Assembly: GCF_018398935.1 (NCBI RefSeq)
Contig: NZ_CP074694.1
Location: 6,480,001-6,512,000 of the forward strand
Origin: Telmatocola sphagniphila
GTDB lineage: Bacteria > Planctomycetota > Planctomycetia > Gemmatales > Gemmataceae
Length of the DNA: 32,000 nucleotides
Reading direction: 5' to 3'
The translations under genes were made by a program, and so were the position numbers. Positions within the stretch are counted from its first letter, which is position 1. Each line of letters starts with the position of its first letter. Shown piece after piece: positions 1-14,197 of the stretch. Below the pieces are notes generated by a model that had not been told where the DNA came from, made no database searches, and saw nothing but the letters and a program-made list of their open reading frames with translations.

Positions 1-4219
<4,219 letters not shown>

Positions 4220-4280
4220 ATGTAATTCCCCTCTGAAAGAGAGTGATTCAAGCGATCATTAGCGTTTATTAACAGCAAAT

Positions 4281-4416
4281 CGAAGAGGAGCATTTCTTCG
4301 CAATAACGCTCCGCTTCGAGTCGCTGTTAAGATCCACGCAGCAGAGTGTTTATCAGGAAAAACGCTCTGCTACGCCTCAGGGTTTAACAACGGTTCGCTC
4401 TGCCACAGACGCGAAC
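4281..4416 (-). other. Three consecutive stem-loops in the 201-nt rpoB-rpoC spacer
   Basis: Inverted repeats read by eye. (1) 4393-4398 gttcgc / 4411-4416 gcgaac. (2) 4337-4348 / 4363-4374, about 10-11 bp including one G-U. (3) 4281-4291 cgaagaggagc / 4308-4318 gctccgcttcg, 11 nt with 1 mismatch. No ORF in the spacer. Confidence 0.4.
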
Positions 4417-4420
4417 TTCA

Positions 4421-7400
4421 CTACAGAACCCGTTTCTTTTCCAACTGCATGTTCAAGCCCAGACCTCGGATCTCGTGAGTCAACACATCGAAGCTAGCGG
4501 GCGTACCGGCTTCCAGGGTGTTTTCTCCCTTGACCATCGACTCGTAAATCTTCGTACGTCCTTCGACGTCGTCCGACTTCACGGTCAGAAGTTCCTGCAG
4601 AATGTAGGCCGCTCCGTAAGCCTCGAGCGCCCACACTTCCATTTCCCCGAAACGCTGACCGCCAAAGCGGGCTTTACCGCCCAGAGGCTGCTGCGTGATC
4701 AAGGAGTAAGGACCGGTGGCTCGGGCATGCACCTTGTCGTCGACGAGGTGATGCAGCTTGAGCATGTAGATGTAGCCGACCGTGACCGGTTGGTCGAAAG
4801 CTTCCCCGGTACGTCCGTCGTACAGCACGCTCTTGCCGGAAACCGATTCTCCGGCGTCCTTCAGGCACTGCTTAATCTCGTCTTCGGTGGCTCCGTCGAA
4901 TACCGGAGTGACCGCCTTGAAGCCGAGCTTGGCCGCCGCCCAACCGAGGTGAGTCTCCAGAATCTGACCCACGTTCATACGGCTGGGAACGCCCAGCGGA
5001 TTCAGCAGAATGTCGACCGGTGTACCGTCGGCCAGGAAGGGCATATCCTCTTCCGGCAGGATCTTGGAGATAACCCCCTTGTTCCCGTGCCGACCGGCCA
5101 TCTTGTCGCCGACCGAAATCTGACGCTTGGTGGCCACGTATACTTTGACCATCTGCTGCACGCCGCTGGGAAGTTCATCCCCGCGATTAAGCGAGTTGAT
5201 CTTCCGTTCGCGTTCTTCCGAGTAATGCAAAATCCGGTCGTTGTGGGTCTTGTGCAGCGACTTGACCTTCTCGCTCTTCGCGGGAGAGCGAACGTCGAGG
5301 TATTCGACTTTGAAAGCCACGGCCTGCTCAGCCACCACTTTGTCGTCTTTATCCGCGGCAATCTGCTTGCCGGTGGAAGGATCCTTCATGTCCTTCTTGT
5401 CGATGACTTCGGCCAGTTCGTCGGCAAACTTGCGGAACTGATCCGCAATCAGCTTGTTGTAACGAGTGTCGATGTCGCGACGTTCCTTATCGACGGCCTT
5501 GCGCTCATCGTCGGTCATACTGGCCCGGCGGCTGAACCGCTTGGTGTCGATGACGATGCCTTCGATACCCGAAGGGACTTCCAGACTGTCGTTCTTGACG
5601 TCTTCGCCTGAGCGGCCGAAGATCGCATGCAACAGCTTTTCTTCGGGCGTCAGTTCGCTGCGGCTCTTCGGAGAAACCTTACCGACGAGGATGTCGCCGG
5701 GTCGGACGTAAGTTCCGATGGCCACGACCCCATGATCGTCGAGGTTCGACAGAGCCTTGGGGCTGACGTTGGGAATATCGCGGGTGAACTCTTCCTTACC
5801 GAGCTTCGTTTCGCGAATTTCGATTTCGAACTCTTCGATGTGAATCGAAGTGTAGGTATCGTTCTTCACCAGACGTTCGCTGATGATAATCGCGTCTTCG
5901 AAGTTGTAACCTTCCCACGACATGAACGCGACCAGCACGTTCCGACCCAGGGCCAGTTCGCCTTGATAGGTGGCGGCCCCGTCGGCCATGATCTGGCCCT
6001 TCTTGACCTTGTCGCCGATGCGTACCAGCGGCTTCTGATTCAAGCAGGTTCGTTCGTTCAGGCCCACGAATTTCCGCAGCGGATATTCCTGATCGTCCAC
6101 GACGATCTTCAGGGCATCGACGTAAGTGATCGTGCCGGGCTTTTCGGCCCGTACGCACATGCCCGAGTTCCGGGCCACGTCGATTTCCAGACCCGTGCCG
6201 ACGATCGGAGGTTCGGTAACCAGCAAAGGCACCGCCTGCCGCTGCATGTTTGAACCCATCAAGGCGCGGTTCGCATCGTCGTGCTCGAGGAACGGGATCA
6301 AACCGGCCGAGACGCCGACCATCTGCTTCGGCGAGACGTCGATGTAATCGATCTTTTCGGGTTGGATCGTCTGGAAGTCGCCGGCGAATCGGCCGGTGAT
6401 GCCGTGAACGAATTCCTTACCGTCGGTTTCCGCGTCGGCCGGGGCCACGCAGAGGCTCGTTTCCTCGTCGGCTCGCAGCCACTGAATTTCTTCGGTCAGC
6501 TTCTTGTTCTTCACCTTGCGATACGGCGTCGTCAGGAAGCCGTATTCGTCGATTCGGGAGAAGATCGAGAGGCTCGAGATCAAACCGATGTTCGTACCTT
6601 CGGGAGTCTCGATCGGACAGATTCGGCCGTAGTGGGAGATGTGCACGTCTCGCACTTCGAAGCCGGCTCGCTTGCGGTTCAAGCCCCCTGGCCCCAGGGC
6701 CGAGAGACGCCGTTCGTGAGTCAACTGCGAGAGCGGATTGGTCTGGTCGACCACCTGTGAGAGTTCCGAGCGACCGAAGAAGTATTCGATGGCGGCGGAA
6801 ACGCTCTTGGGGTTGATCAGCGAACGAGGGGACATATCCTGCTGTTCACGGATCGCCATGCGCTCTTGAACGGTGCGTCGCAGCTTCAGGAAGCCCTTGC
6901 GGAGTTCGTCGGCGGCCAACTCATCGATGGTTCGCAGACGGCGATTCCCCAAGTGGTCGATGTCGTCGACCTGGAACACGGCTTCTTCCGCCTCAGTTTT
7001 TTCCTGGTCGCGGAGCTTCAGCAGATACTTGATGGCATTGACGAAATCGACCGCCCGCAGGGTCATTTCCGTTTCCGGGACGTTCTGATTGAACTTGCGG
7101 TTGATGCGGAAGCGCCCCACTTTGCCGAGCCGGTAACGGTTCGGGTCCATGAACTTCTCTTTGAAGAGCTCCTTGGCCTTCTCCAGTTGCGGCGGGTTGC
7201 CGGGACGCAGACGCTGATAGATCTTCAGCAAAGCGGCTTCGTGCGAATCGCTGCCATCTTCGACAATGGAGGCGAGGATCAGGCTATCCTTGGGCGTCGG
7301 GATGGCCGTGACTTCCTTGAGCATCGACAGCGATACTTTGTCGAGCACTTCCTTGGTGAAGGGCTCGCCGCTGTTGAGGTAGACTTCGCCGGTTTCGGGA

Positions 7401-8176
7401 TCGATGACGTCATCTTCGGCGATCATCGGATTCACGCCATTGGCGACATCGCCGACCAGCTTGACTTTGCCGGCGGCGTTGCTGAGCTTGATGGTTTCCG
7501 GCTTGAAGAATTCGCGCAGGATCGCTGCGTTGGTGGAATAAGCGGGCTCCATCGCACGCAGCAGGGTGACTGCGGAGAATTTCCCGGATTGGTCGATACG
7601 AACGCCCAGGGTGTCTTTCTTGGTGACGTTGATTTCGATCCAGGAGCCGCGCTCGGGGATGATTCGGCAGGAGTGAAGCTTCTTATCGGCTTCCGTTTCC
7701 ATGACGAAGTCGACACCGGGGGAGCGGTGGAGCTGCGAAACGACGACGCGTTCCGCACCGTTGATGATGAATTCGCCCCCGCCGATCATGATCGGCATGT
7801 CGCCCAGATAGACTTCTTCTTCGACGGCCGAGCCGTCCGATTTGCGAAGTCGCAGCCAGACTTTGAAGGGTCGGCCGTAGGTCAGCCGGAGTTGTCGGCA
7901 CTCGTCGGTGTCGTAGCGCGGTTTGCCGAGTTCGTATTTGACGTACTCGAGGCTGATCTTCTTGTCGTAGGACTCGATGGGGAAGATCTCGCGCAAAACG
8001 CCTTCCAGGCCGACATTTTCGCGATCTGCAATACTCTTCTCAAGTTGCAGAAAACGATGGTACGACGTAGTTTGTACGTCGGTCAGCGGTGGAACTTCAA
8101 CGGCGTCGCCGAAGCGTCCAAAGTTGCGGGTCAGTTTCGGTCGAATGATACGGTTTGCCGGGATGGGCATAGCCAC
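4421..8176 (-). CDS. rpoB: DNA-directed RNA polymerase subunit beta (RpoB)
   Basis: ORF-track 1251 aa with unmistakable RpoB blocks: [132 protein letters not shown]. The codon at 8176 is GTG. The ATG two codons in (8170, MPIPANR...) has GGAGGA 8 nt upstream and may be the true start. Confidence 0.98.
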   Translation of the reverse strand: MAMPIPANRIIRPKLTRNFGRFGDAVEVPPLTDVQTTSYHRFLQLEKSIADRENVGLEGVLREIFPIESYDKKISLEYVKYELGKPRYDTDECRQLRLTYGRPFKVWLRLRKSDGSAVEEEVYLGDMPIMIGGGEFIINGAERVVVSQLHRSPGVDFVMETEADKKLHSCRIIPERGSWIEINVTKKDTLGVRIDQSGKFSAVTLLRAMEPAYSTNAAILREFFKPETIKLSNAAGKVKLVGDVANGVNPMIAEDDVIDPETGEVYLNSGEPFTKEVLDKVSLSMLKEVTAIPTPKDSLILASIVEDGSDSHEAALLKIYQRLRPGNPPQLEKAKELFKEKFMDPNRYRLGKVGRFRINRKFNQNVPETEMTLRAVDFVNAIKYLLKLRDQEKTEAEEAVFQVDDIDHLGNRRLRTIDELAADELRKGFLKLRRTVQERMAIREQQDMSPRSLINPKSVSAAIEYFFGRSELSQVVDQTNPLSQLTHERRLSALGPGGLNRKRAGFEVRDVHISHYGRICPIETPEGTNIGLISSLSIFSRIDEYGFLTTPYRKVKNKKLTEEIQWLRADEETSLCVAPADAETDGKEFVHGITGRFAGDFQTIQPEKIDYIDVSPKQMVGVSAGLIPFLEHDDANRALMGSNMQRQAVPLLVTEPPIVGTGLEIDVARNSGMCVRAEKPGTITYVDALKIVVDDQEYPLRKFVGLNERTCLNQKPLVRIGDKVKKGQIMADGAATYQGELALGRNVLVAFMSWEGYNFEDAIIISERLVKNDTYTSIHIEEFEIEIRETKLGKEEFTRDIPNVSPKALSNLDDHGVVAIGTYVRPGDILVGKVSPKSRSELTPEEKLLHAIFGRSGEDVKNDSLEVPSGIEGIVIDTKRFSRRASMTDDERKAVDKERRDIDTRYNKLIADQFRKFADELAEVIDKKDMKDPSTGKQIAADKDDKVVAEQAVAFKVEYLDVRSPAKSEKVKSLHKTHNDRILHYSEERERKINSLNRGDELPSGVQQMVKVYVATKRQISVGDKMAGRHGNKGVISKILPEEDMPFLADGTPVDILLNPLGVPSRMNVGQILETHLGWAAAKLGFKAVTPVFDGATEDEIKQCLKDAGESVSGKSVLYDGRTGEAFDQPVTVGYIYMLKLHHLVDDKVHARATGPYSLITQQPLGGKARFGGQRFGEMEVWALEAYGAAYILQELLTVKSDDVEGRTKIYESMVKGENTLEAGTPASFDVLTHEIRGLGLNMQLEKKRVL

Positions 8177-8550
8177 GCTCCTCCCCGAGGAAAAAAGTCA
8201 AAAAAATACCCAAAAGATCCGGTATTTGAATAACGGACCTTGCGTCGATAGCCAGAATCAATTATGCATGTGTATGAAACGTGGATCCCATCGGGGGTTC
8301 GAGTGAACGCGATGGTAACTCCTGCAATAGCGACAAGGACGAAAAATCTCTGGCTGCGAGTGCCAACCAACGCGATATAGATGCACGCATTGTCACCACG
8401 GCGCTTAATAGGATGGATGCTAATCCATGAATCGATCGCAGCACTAAACTCCTTATGGAGTCCCAGTGTCACGGTGCGACAGATTCGCTTGGGGCTTTTG
8501 CGCGGCCGAACGTGCAGGCCTTAGAACGCATGCCCAGAGTTTGTCAAGTT

Positions 8551-8595
8551 AATAATAACAAACCCGTCCCCCCCTTTCAATAAGGGGAGGCGGGT
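8551..8595 (-). terminator. Intrinsic terminator/attenuator-like hairpin downstream of rplL
   Basis: Minus-strand RNA: acccgcctcccc-uuauugaaa-gggggggacgggu, about 12 bp with one bulged A and G/C-rich. It is followed by UUGUUAUUAUU and lies 29 nt after the rplL stop. The plus strand also shows a T-run after the hairpin (8596-8608). Confidence 0.6.
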
Positions 8596-8623
8596 TTTTC
8601 GTATTTTTAGAACTTTAACGCAA

Positions 8624-9028
<405 letters not shown>

Positions 9029-9113
9029 CGTACTTATCCTTATCGTTAAAAATCGGCCGGTGAAGCAATCGGCCTGCGTAATAGCAAAAAAGCAGTGAAC
9101 TAGTTGATAATCC

Positions 9114-9668
9114 TTAAGCGGCCGGAGTCGCTTCGACTCCCGCTTTGCCATCGGCGATACTGGCGATCTGGCTGGCGACCGAAGAGGCCGGTCCGGTCAG
9201 AGCCCCCGCGATTTCCGAGGCCGGGCCCATGATCATGGAGATGATCTCGCCAATGGCTTCCAGCCGGGTGGGCATTTTCATCGCCTGATCGAGCGAGACG
9301 CTATTGCCGTCCGCGACCGCGATTTTGACCTTCAGCTTGTTTTCGTCTTTGGGGTTCTTCTTGACGATATCCTTCATCAGGGCATCGACGGCCTTGCTCA
9401 GGTCCTTGATGCTATCGCCGCCCCAGGCGACCAGGGTCGTGCCCGACCAATACTTGTCGTCGACGACCACGCCGTTTTCTTTGAAGACCTTGCGAGCGAG
9501 GGTATTCTTGACCATGTGAAGGCGAACCTTCTTGGCTCGCAGGTCTCTACGGATGTTGTATTCGAGCAGCGAGCCGATTTTCTCGGGCGCCAGCAGCACC
9601 ATATCCTTGACCCCGGTGAAGGTCTTGGTCAGGGCATCCAACTCCATCTTCTTGACTAGCTTGCTCAT
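9114..9668 (-). CDS. rplJ: 50S ribosomal protein L10
   Basis: [26 protein letters not shown]...[16 protein letters not shown]... aligns in pattern with the L10 N-terminus. Gene order L1-L10-L7/L12 supports the call. The ORF stays open to an upstream ATG at 9698 (194 aa), so the start is uncertain by 10 codons. Confidence 0.9.
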   Translation of the reverse strand: MSKLVKKMELDALTKTFTGVKDMVLLAPEKIGSLLEYNIRRDLRAKKVRLHMVKNTLARKVFKENGVVVDDKYWSGTTLVAWGGDSIKDLSKAVDALMKDIVKKNPKDENKLKVKIAVADGNSVSLDQAMKMPTRLEAIGEIISMIMGPASEIAGALTGPASSVASQIASIADGKAGVEATPAA

Positions 9669-9753
9669 TTGCGTCTTCCGCGTATCTGGAGGCGACATTC
9701 ATCGCCTGAAATTCTGAAATTCCACTGCCCGGCCAGTGGGGCAGGGCCTAAAT

Positions 9754-10569
9754 TTAGAAACCGACGGCGATGCCCGGGCTCATGGTTGCGGAGATAGTGA
9801 CGTTCTCCACATAGTTGCCCTTCACACCCGTGGGACGGGCCGCTTTCACCTGATCGACAAAAGCCGCGATGTTTTCGACCAGCTTGTCTTCATCGAAGCT
9901 CAGCTTGCCCACACCGGCGTGAACGTTGCCGCCCTTGTCCGCTCGGTACTCCACCTTACCGGCCTTGAATTCCTTGATGGCGGCGGCGATATCGCCCGAA
10001 GCCGGAATCACTGTGCCGGCCTTGGGAGTCGGCATCAAGTTACGTGGCCCGAGGACCTTACCGAGGCGGCTGACCTTGCCCATCATGTCCTGAGTCGCGA
10101 TGGCGACATCGAAGTCGAGCCAGTTTTCCTTGGTGATCTTTTCGATGATATCGTCGCTGCCCGCGAAGTCGGCTCCGGCGGCTTTCGCCTTGGCCACGTT
10201 ATCGCCCTGGCAGAACACAACGATGCGAACCGACTTGCCGATGCCGTGGGGCAGCGGCACGCTACCGCGAACCATCTGGTCGCTCTGCGTCGTATCCACA
10301 CCCAATTTGATGTGAACTTCAACGGTCTCGTCGAACTTGGCTCGCTTGATTGACTTCAGGGTGGCGATCGCCTTCTTGACGGTCTGCCCCTTTTCCTTGC
10401 TCAGCTTGGTTTCCTGGTTCTTCAGCAGGTTTCGCAGCTTTTTGCCGCGTCGGGGCGGGACACCCGGGCGTTTCTTCTTGTTTCGACCTTCACTGGCAAC
10501 GGGAGCCTGACCCGAGGGGGCCACAGTGGCAGTGGCTTCAGCTTCCGGTTTTTTTACTTCATCAGCCAT
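9754..10569 (-). CDS. rplA: 50S ribosomal protein L1 with a ~40-aa N-terminal extension
   Basis: The core [11 protein letters not shown]...[53 protein letters not shown]...[14 protein letters not shown] matches the L1 family. 271 aa versus about 230 aa typical. Confidence 0.95.
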   Translation of the reverse strand: MADEVKKPEAEATATVAPSGQAPVASEGRNKKKRPGVPPRRGKKLRNLLKNQETKLSKEKGQTVKKAIATLKSIKRAKFDETVEVHIKLGVDTTQSDQMVRGSVPLPHGIGKSVRIVVFCQGDNVAKAKAAGADFAGSDDIIEKITKENWLDFDVAIATQDMMGKVSRLGKVLGPRNLMPTPKAGTVIPASGDIAAAIKEFKAGKVEYRADKGGNVHAGVGKLSFDEDKLVENIAAFVDQVKAARPTGVKGNYVENVTISATMSPGIAVGF

Positions 10570-10604
10570 GGCTTATCCAACTCTAAGGTCATTCACATTT
10601 AGCG

Positions 10605-10644
10605 AAAAAACCACCGCCCCTCTTTAGAGGGCTTCGCAGTGGTG
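10605..10644 (-). terminator. Terminator-like hairpin with U6 tract between rplK and rplA
   Basis: Minus-strand RNA: cacc-acugcgaa-gcccuc-uaaa-gaggggc-ggug-g-UUUUUU. Inner stem is 6 bp plus a bulge, with an outer 4-bp clamp. It lies in an 89-nt spacer directly after the rplK stop (10659). Confidence 0.45.
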
Positions 10645-10658
10645 TCAATAACTTCCGT

Positions 10659-11123
10659 TTATCCTTCGACCGTCAGGCCCATGCTGCGGGCCGTGCCCGC
10701 GATAATCCGAGCCGCATGATCGAGGTCTCGGGCGTTGAGGTCTTTCTGCTTCTTGGCGGCAATTTCCAGAAGCTGCTTCTGGGAAACTTTGAAGCCTTTG
10801 TACTTGCCGGTCTTCTTGGCTTTTTCTTCCGCCGGCAGCAGTTCGCCGCCTTTTTTCTTTTCGATCGGAATGCCAACTGCCTGCTTCAGCAGAATCGCTG
10901 CCGGCGGGCTCTTGATGGCGAATTCGAAAGAACGGTCCGAATAGACCGTGATAACCACGGGAAGCATCATGCCTTTGTTGTCCGCAGTTCGGTCGTTGAA
11001 CTGCTTGACGAACATGCCGATGTTCACGCCGTGAGCACCCAAGGCGGGGCCGACCGGTGGTGCCGGAGTCGCTTGCCCGCCGGGGCATTGGAGTTTAATC
11101 TGGGCTGTTACCTGCTTGGCCAT
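10659..11123 (-). CDS. rplK: 50S ribosomal protein L11
   Basis: [46 protein letters not shown]...[27 protein letters not shown]...[15 protein letters not shown]. The ORF-track start at 11141 is a TTG; the ATG at 11123 gives the canonical MAK N-terminus. Confidence 0.95.
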   Translation of the reverse strand: MAKQVTAQIKLQCPGGQATPAPPVGPALGAHGVNIGMFVKQFNDRTADNKGMMLPVVITVYSDRSFEFAIKSPPAAILLKQAVGIPIEKKKGGELLPAEEKAKKTGKYKGFKVSQKQLLEIAAKKQKDLNARDLDHAARIIAGTARSMGLTVEG

Positions 11124-11177
11124 CGCTCTATTACCTGCCAAAGCTGCGTGCTTGGTGACGTTATTGGAGAATAATTC

Positions 11178-11205
11178 GTTTTAGAAACCACCCGGGTAAC
11201 GTCAA
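11178..11205 (-). promoter_or_regulatory. Candidate sigma70-type promoter for the rplK operon
   Basis: Minus strand reads TTGACG-N16-TAAAAC about 50 nt upstream of the rplK ATG. This is a hexamer match by eye only, and promoter consensus in this lineage is poorly defined. Confidence 0.25.
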
Positions 11206-11289
11206 ATAGTTTTAGAGAAAAATTTGCTTGAAATTTGAAAATATCTGGCAACGTGGCATTCGATTTGCGCCGGAAAGAACGAATTTCGA

Positions 11290-12480
11290 TTAGATTTTCG
11301 GGCTAGAAGGGATCGAATCGCTGGTTTCCACTAGCTCCGATCGACTGGAGGTCGCAATTTTGTGAGTTGGGTGCTTGGCGGCATGCTCCACGGCCGATTC
11401 GGTGCTCATCAGGTTCCCCCAAGCTTCGTATCCTTCCACATGCATTAAAACGGCTTTAACTGCGGCCATGATGGGCATCGCCAGGAATAATCCCGGGGTC
11501 CCCCAGACCAAATCCCAGAAAAGGCAGGTCAAAAGAACGGTGGTAGCGTTCAGCGACATGCTGCGTCCCATCACGACCGGCACTATGACGTACCCCTCGA
11601 AGGTCACAACCATTACGTAGAAAACCATAATTCCCAACGCTGCCCAGGGGGACAGAGAGAAAAAGGCATCGAGAATGGGTGGCAGGCCGGCGACGAGTGT
11701 CCCCAGGTAAGGAACGTAGCAGAGGACCATGGTAAAGAGACCCCAGGTCCAGGGTTCGTGCAAACCAATCAGCTGGTAGATAGTGCCGAGAAATAATCCG
11801 AGCCCGGCATTCACGAGCGTTCGCCAGATCAGGTAGGTACGCACCGCCTCCGCCATTTCCATAAGAGTGGCGGTAACCGCCGCCCGGGTAGTGTTGGAGG
11901 GGCCGAATATCTCTTTGATCCGGCGAGCGAGCATTTCTCCTTCGAGCAGGAGAAAGAGCAGAATGAACAGGATCAATAGGCTTTGCACGAGCCAGGAAGT
12001 ACCAATCTGGGTGAGTTCCAGGATTTTGTTAGTGATGTATTCGCCCGTCAGAAACTTGCGGGCATACTCAAAGACCGAGGATTCATCGGGATCTTTGGGG
12101 AAGGCTTTACTGAGTCGGGCATCATCCGGTACGAGCAGCGAAAGTTTCTCACGGACTCGGGAGTAGATCTCTTTCTGCCCCTCTGCGTCGCTGGGGCGCG
12201 GGATCTCCTGTAAGACCCGCGGAACCGTGATGGCGAAGGCAGAGAAGATCGCCCCGTTCAGAAGAATCAAAACGCTGATGGCGGCAAAGGCGGAGAAGGT
12301 CCAGGTAAATTTCAGGCGATGATGCAGCCAGCTGGCGAAGGGCCAGAGCATCGCGGCCAGCAGAATGGCGATGACCAGCGGTATGAAGATCGATCGACCC
12401 AGGTAAAGGGCGGTTGCCGTTCCCAGCATGGCCCCAATACCCAGACCGGCGCGTGTTGCGATCGTCAGTTTGAGATTCAT
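11290..12480 (-). CDS. AI-2E family transporter (PerM/UPF0118-like permease)
   Basis: 396 aa polytopic membrane protein. The C-terminal half, ...YVPYLGTLVAGLPPILDAFF...FEGYVIVPVVMGRSMSLNATTVLLTCLFWDLVWGTPGLFLAMPIMAAVKAV, fits the AI-2E/PF01594 pattern as I recall it. Confidence 0.8.
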   Translation of the reverse strand: MNLKLTIATRAGLGIGAMLGTATALYLGRSIFIPLVIAILLAAMLWPFASWLHHRLKFTWTFSAFAAISVLILLNGAIFSAFAITVPRVLQEIPRPSDAEGQKEIYSRVREKLSLLVPDDARLSKAFPKDPDESSVFEYARKFLTGEYITNKILELTQIGTSWLVQSLLILFILLFLLLEGEMLARRIKEIFGPSNTTRAAVTATLMEMAEAVRTYLIWRTLVNAGLGLFLGTIYQLIGLHEPWTWGLFTMVLCYVPYLGTLVAGLPPILDAFFSLSPWAALGIMVFYVMVVTFEGYVIVPVVMGRSMSLNATTVLLTCLFWDLVWGTPGLFLAMPIMAAVKAVLMHVEGYEAWGNLMSTESAVEHAAKHPTHKIATSSRSELVETSDSIPSSPKI

Positions 12481-12504
12481 AACATCTCGTCGGATGAGGC
12501 CGGG

Positions 12505-13380
12505 CTAAGTTTGGTGTATTGTGGCCGCTTTCAAAGTATTTTGCAATAACATTGCAATGGTCATTGGGCCAACCCCCCCGGGTACCGGCGACAAAGCCGC
12601 TGCGACCTCGCCAACTTCTGGATCGACATCCCCGCAAAGTTTGCCGTTCACCGAATTGATTCCCACATCTATGACGACGGCCCCCGGCTGAACCATCTGG
12701 GCCGTGACAAAATTCGGTACTCCGATGGCCGCAATCAATATTTCCGCCTGTTGGCAGATTTCCTTGAGATGCTTGGTGCCGCGATGGGCGACGGTGACCG
12801 TGGCATCCCCGGCATGAGGATTCGCATCGGAGGGTTTTTGCATCATCATCAGCGCCAGGGGTTTGCCGACGATATTGCTGCGGCCGAGGATGACGACCCG
12901 TTTGCCGGCCGTTTCGATATCCGAGCGTTTCAGCATCTGCAGGACACCGAACGGGGTGCAGGGCATGAATCGCGGATGGCCAGTCATCAGGAGCCCGACA
13001 TTTTCCGGATGAAATGAGTCGACATCCTTCAAGGGTGTGACGGCGCGGAGGATGGTCTCTTCGTCGATGTGTTTGGGTAAGGGCAGTTGAACCAGGATGC
13101 CGTTGACCTTCGGATCCTGGTTGAGCGTGTGAACCAGTTTGAGCAGTTCTTCCTGAGTGGTGTCAGCGGGCAGATGATGCAGCCAGCTGTTCAGCCCGGC
13201 TTCTTCGCAGGCCTTTCGCTTGTTGCGCACGTAAACCTGACTGGCAGGATTTTCGCCGACTAGCACGGCCGCTAATCCCGGGGGATGTTTGCCGTCGGCC
13301 ACCCGCCGGGCGACTTCCAGAGCGATTTCCGCTTTGATCACCTTCGCCAGTCTGATTCCTTCGATCTTGCGTGCAGGCAT
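12505..13380 (-). CDS. folD: Bifunctional methylenetetrahydrofolate dehydrogenase/methenyl-THF cyclohydrolase
   Basis: 291 aa. PGLAAVLVGENPASQVYVRNKRKACEEAGL..., VNGILVQLPLPKHID, CTPFGVLQMLK..., VVILGRSNIVGKPLALMM, PVPGGVGPMTIAMLLQNT are classic FolD blocks. Confidence 0.95.
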   Translation of the reverse strand: MPARKIEGIRLAKVIKAEIALEVARRVADGKHPPGLAAVLVGENPASQVYVRNKRKACEEAGLNSWLHHLPADTTQEELLKLVHTLNQDPKVNGILVQLPLPKHIDEETILRAVTPLKDVDSFHPENVGLLMTGHPRFMPCTPFGVLQMLKRSDIETAGKRVVILGRSNIVGKPLALMMMQKPSDANPHAGDATVTVAHRGTKHLKEICQQAEILIAAIGVPNFVTAQMVQPGAVVIDVGINSVNGKLCGDVDPEVGEVAAALSPVPGGVGPMTIAMLLQNTLKAATIHQT

Positions 13381-13426
13381 GCTGCCCTCCGTTCCGCTTG
13401 GGGTCGGCGATTCCTTCCGAACTCGA

Positions 13427-14188
13427 TCAGGAAGGATTCATCGAGAGTTGTTCTATAAGCTTCGGGAGCGTGACGCCGGAGGGGCCATAGACGCCGAGAT
13501 CGACTGAGTTGGAGACAGCGGTTTCTTCCAAATTAAATTCGATGATCGTCGCCCCTTCATCGCCGGCGGGCCCGCGATTGCGAGCGATCTGAGCCAGCCC
13601 GGCCGCCGGGTAGACGACCGCCGAGGTGCCAATGAGTAAAAAGACGTCGCAGGCCTGCGCGGCCAGATACGCTCGTTGCCAGACCTCCTTCGGCAACTCT
13701 TCGCGGAACCAGACAATATCGGGCCGGAGTAGTCGGTCGCATTTCTGACATTTGGGAAGTTCGCCCAGCGGTTCCAGATCGTGAATGCGAAGGTCCTTGC
13801 AACCGGTGCAGCGGGTTCGGTAGAGGCTCCCGTGCAGCTCGGCGACAGTGTTCGACCCGGCCTGCTGATGGAGGCCATCGACGTTTTGGGTTACCAGGGT
13901 GAATCGTTCCGCAAATCGTTTTTCGAGTTCCACGAGGGCGTAATGGCCCGGGTTGGGGCGGACTTGCTTTAATTTGTTTCGTCGTTCGTTATAGAACTCC
14001 CAGACGAGATGCGGGTTTCGGCGAAACCCCTCGGGGGTGGCCACATCCTCGATGTGGTGGCCTTCCCAGAGTCCATCGGAAGCCCTGAACGTGGGGACGC
14101 CGCTCTCGGCGGAGACCCCGGCCCCCGTCAAAACTGTGACATAGCGGGCTTGGCGGATGTGCTCGGCAGCTTCAAAGATCGCATCCAT
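13427..14188 (-). CDS. cobB: NAD-dependent protein deacylase, Sir2 family (CobB-like)
   Basis: 253 aa. VLTGAGVSAESGVPTFR, TQNVDGLH, the HG catalytic His, Zn ribbon CTGC...CQKC, LLIGTSAVVYPAAGL. Short stand-alone sirtuin architecture. Confidence 0.9.
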   Translation of the reverse strand: MDAIFEAAEHIRQARYVTVLTGAGVSAESGVPTFRASDGLWEGHHIEDVATPEGFRRNPHLVWEFYNERRNKLKQVRPNPGHYALVELEKRFAERFTLVTQNVDGLHQQAGSNTVAELHGSLYRTRCTGCKDLRIHDLEPLGELPKCQKCDRLLRPDIVWFREELPKEVWQRAYLAAQACDVFLLIGTSAVVYPAAGLAQIARNRGPAGDEGATIIEFNLEETAVSNSVDLGVYGPSGVTLPKLIEQLSMNPS

Positions 14189-14197
14189 CGGGATCTC

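Noticed and set aside
4475-8233. Plus-strand ORFs 4475..5611 (378 aa), 5627..6253, 6281..6760 and 6866..8233 (455 aa)
   Set aside because: Antisense shadows of rpoB, with the same compositional signature and no independent start or RBS context.
8131-8472. Minus-strand ORFs (113 aa and 60 aa) in the rplL-rpoB spacer
   Set aside because: The 113-aa ORF overlaps the rpoB start out of frame. There is no RBS, the composition is odd, and the region is better explained as a structured leader.
11254-11269. Sigma-54-like element TGGCAT-N5-TTGCG on the plus strand, with correct -24/-12 spacing
   Set aside because: It points antisense into the 3' end of the permease gene with no plus-strand gene to drive. 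With about 9 fixed positions, roughly 0.2 such matches are expected by chance in 64,000 strand-positions.
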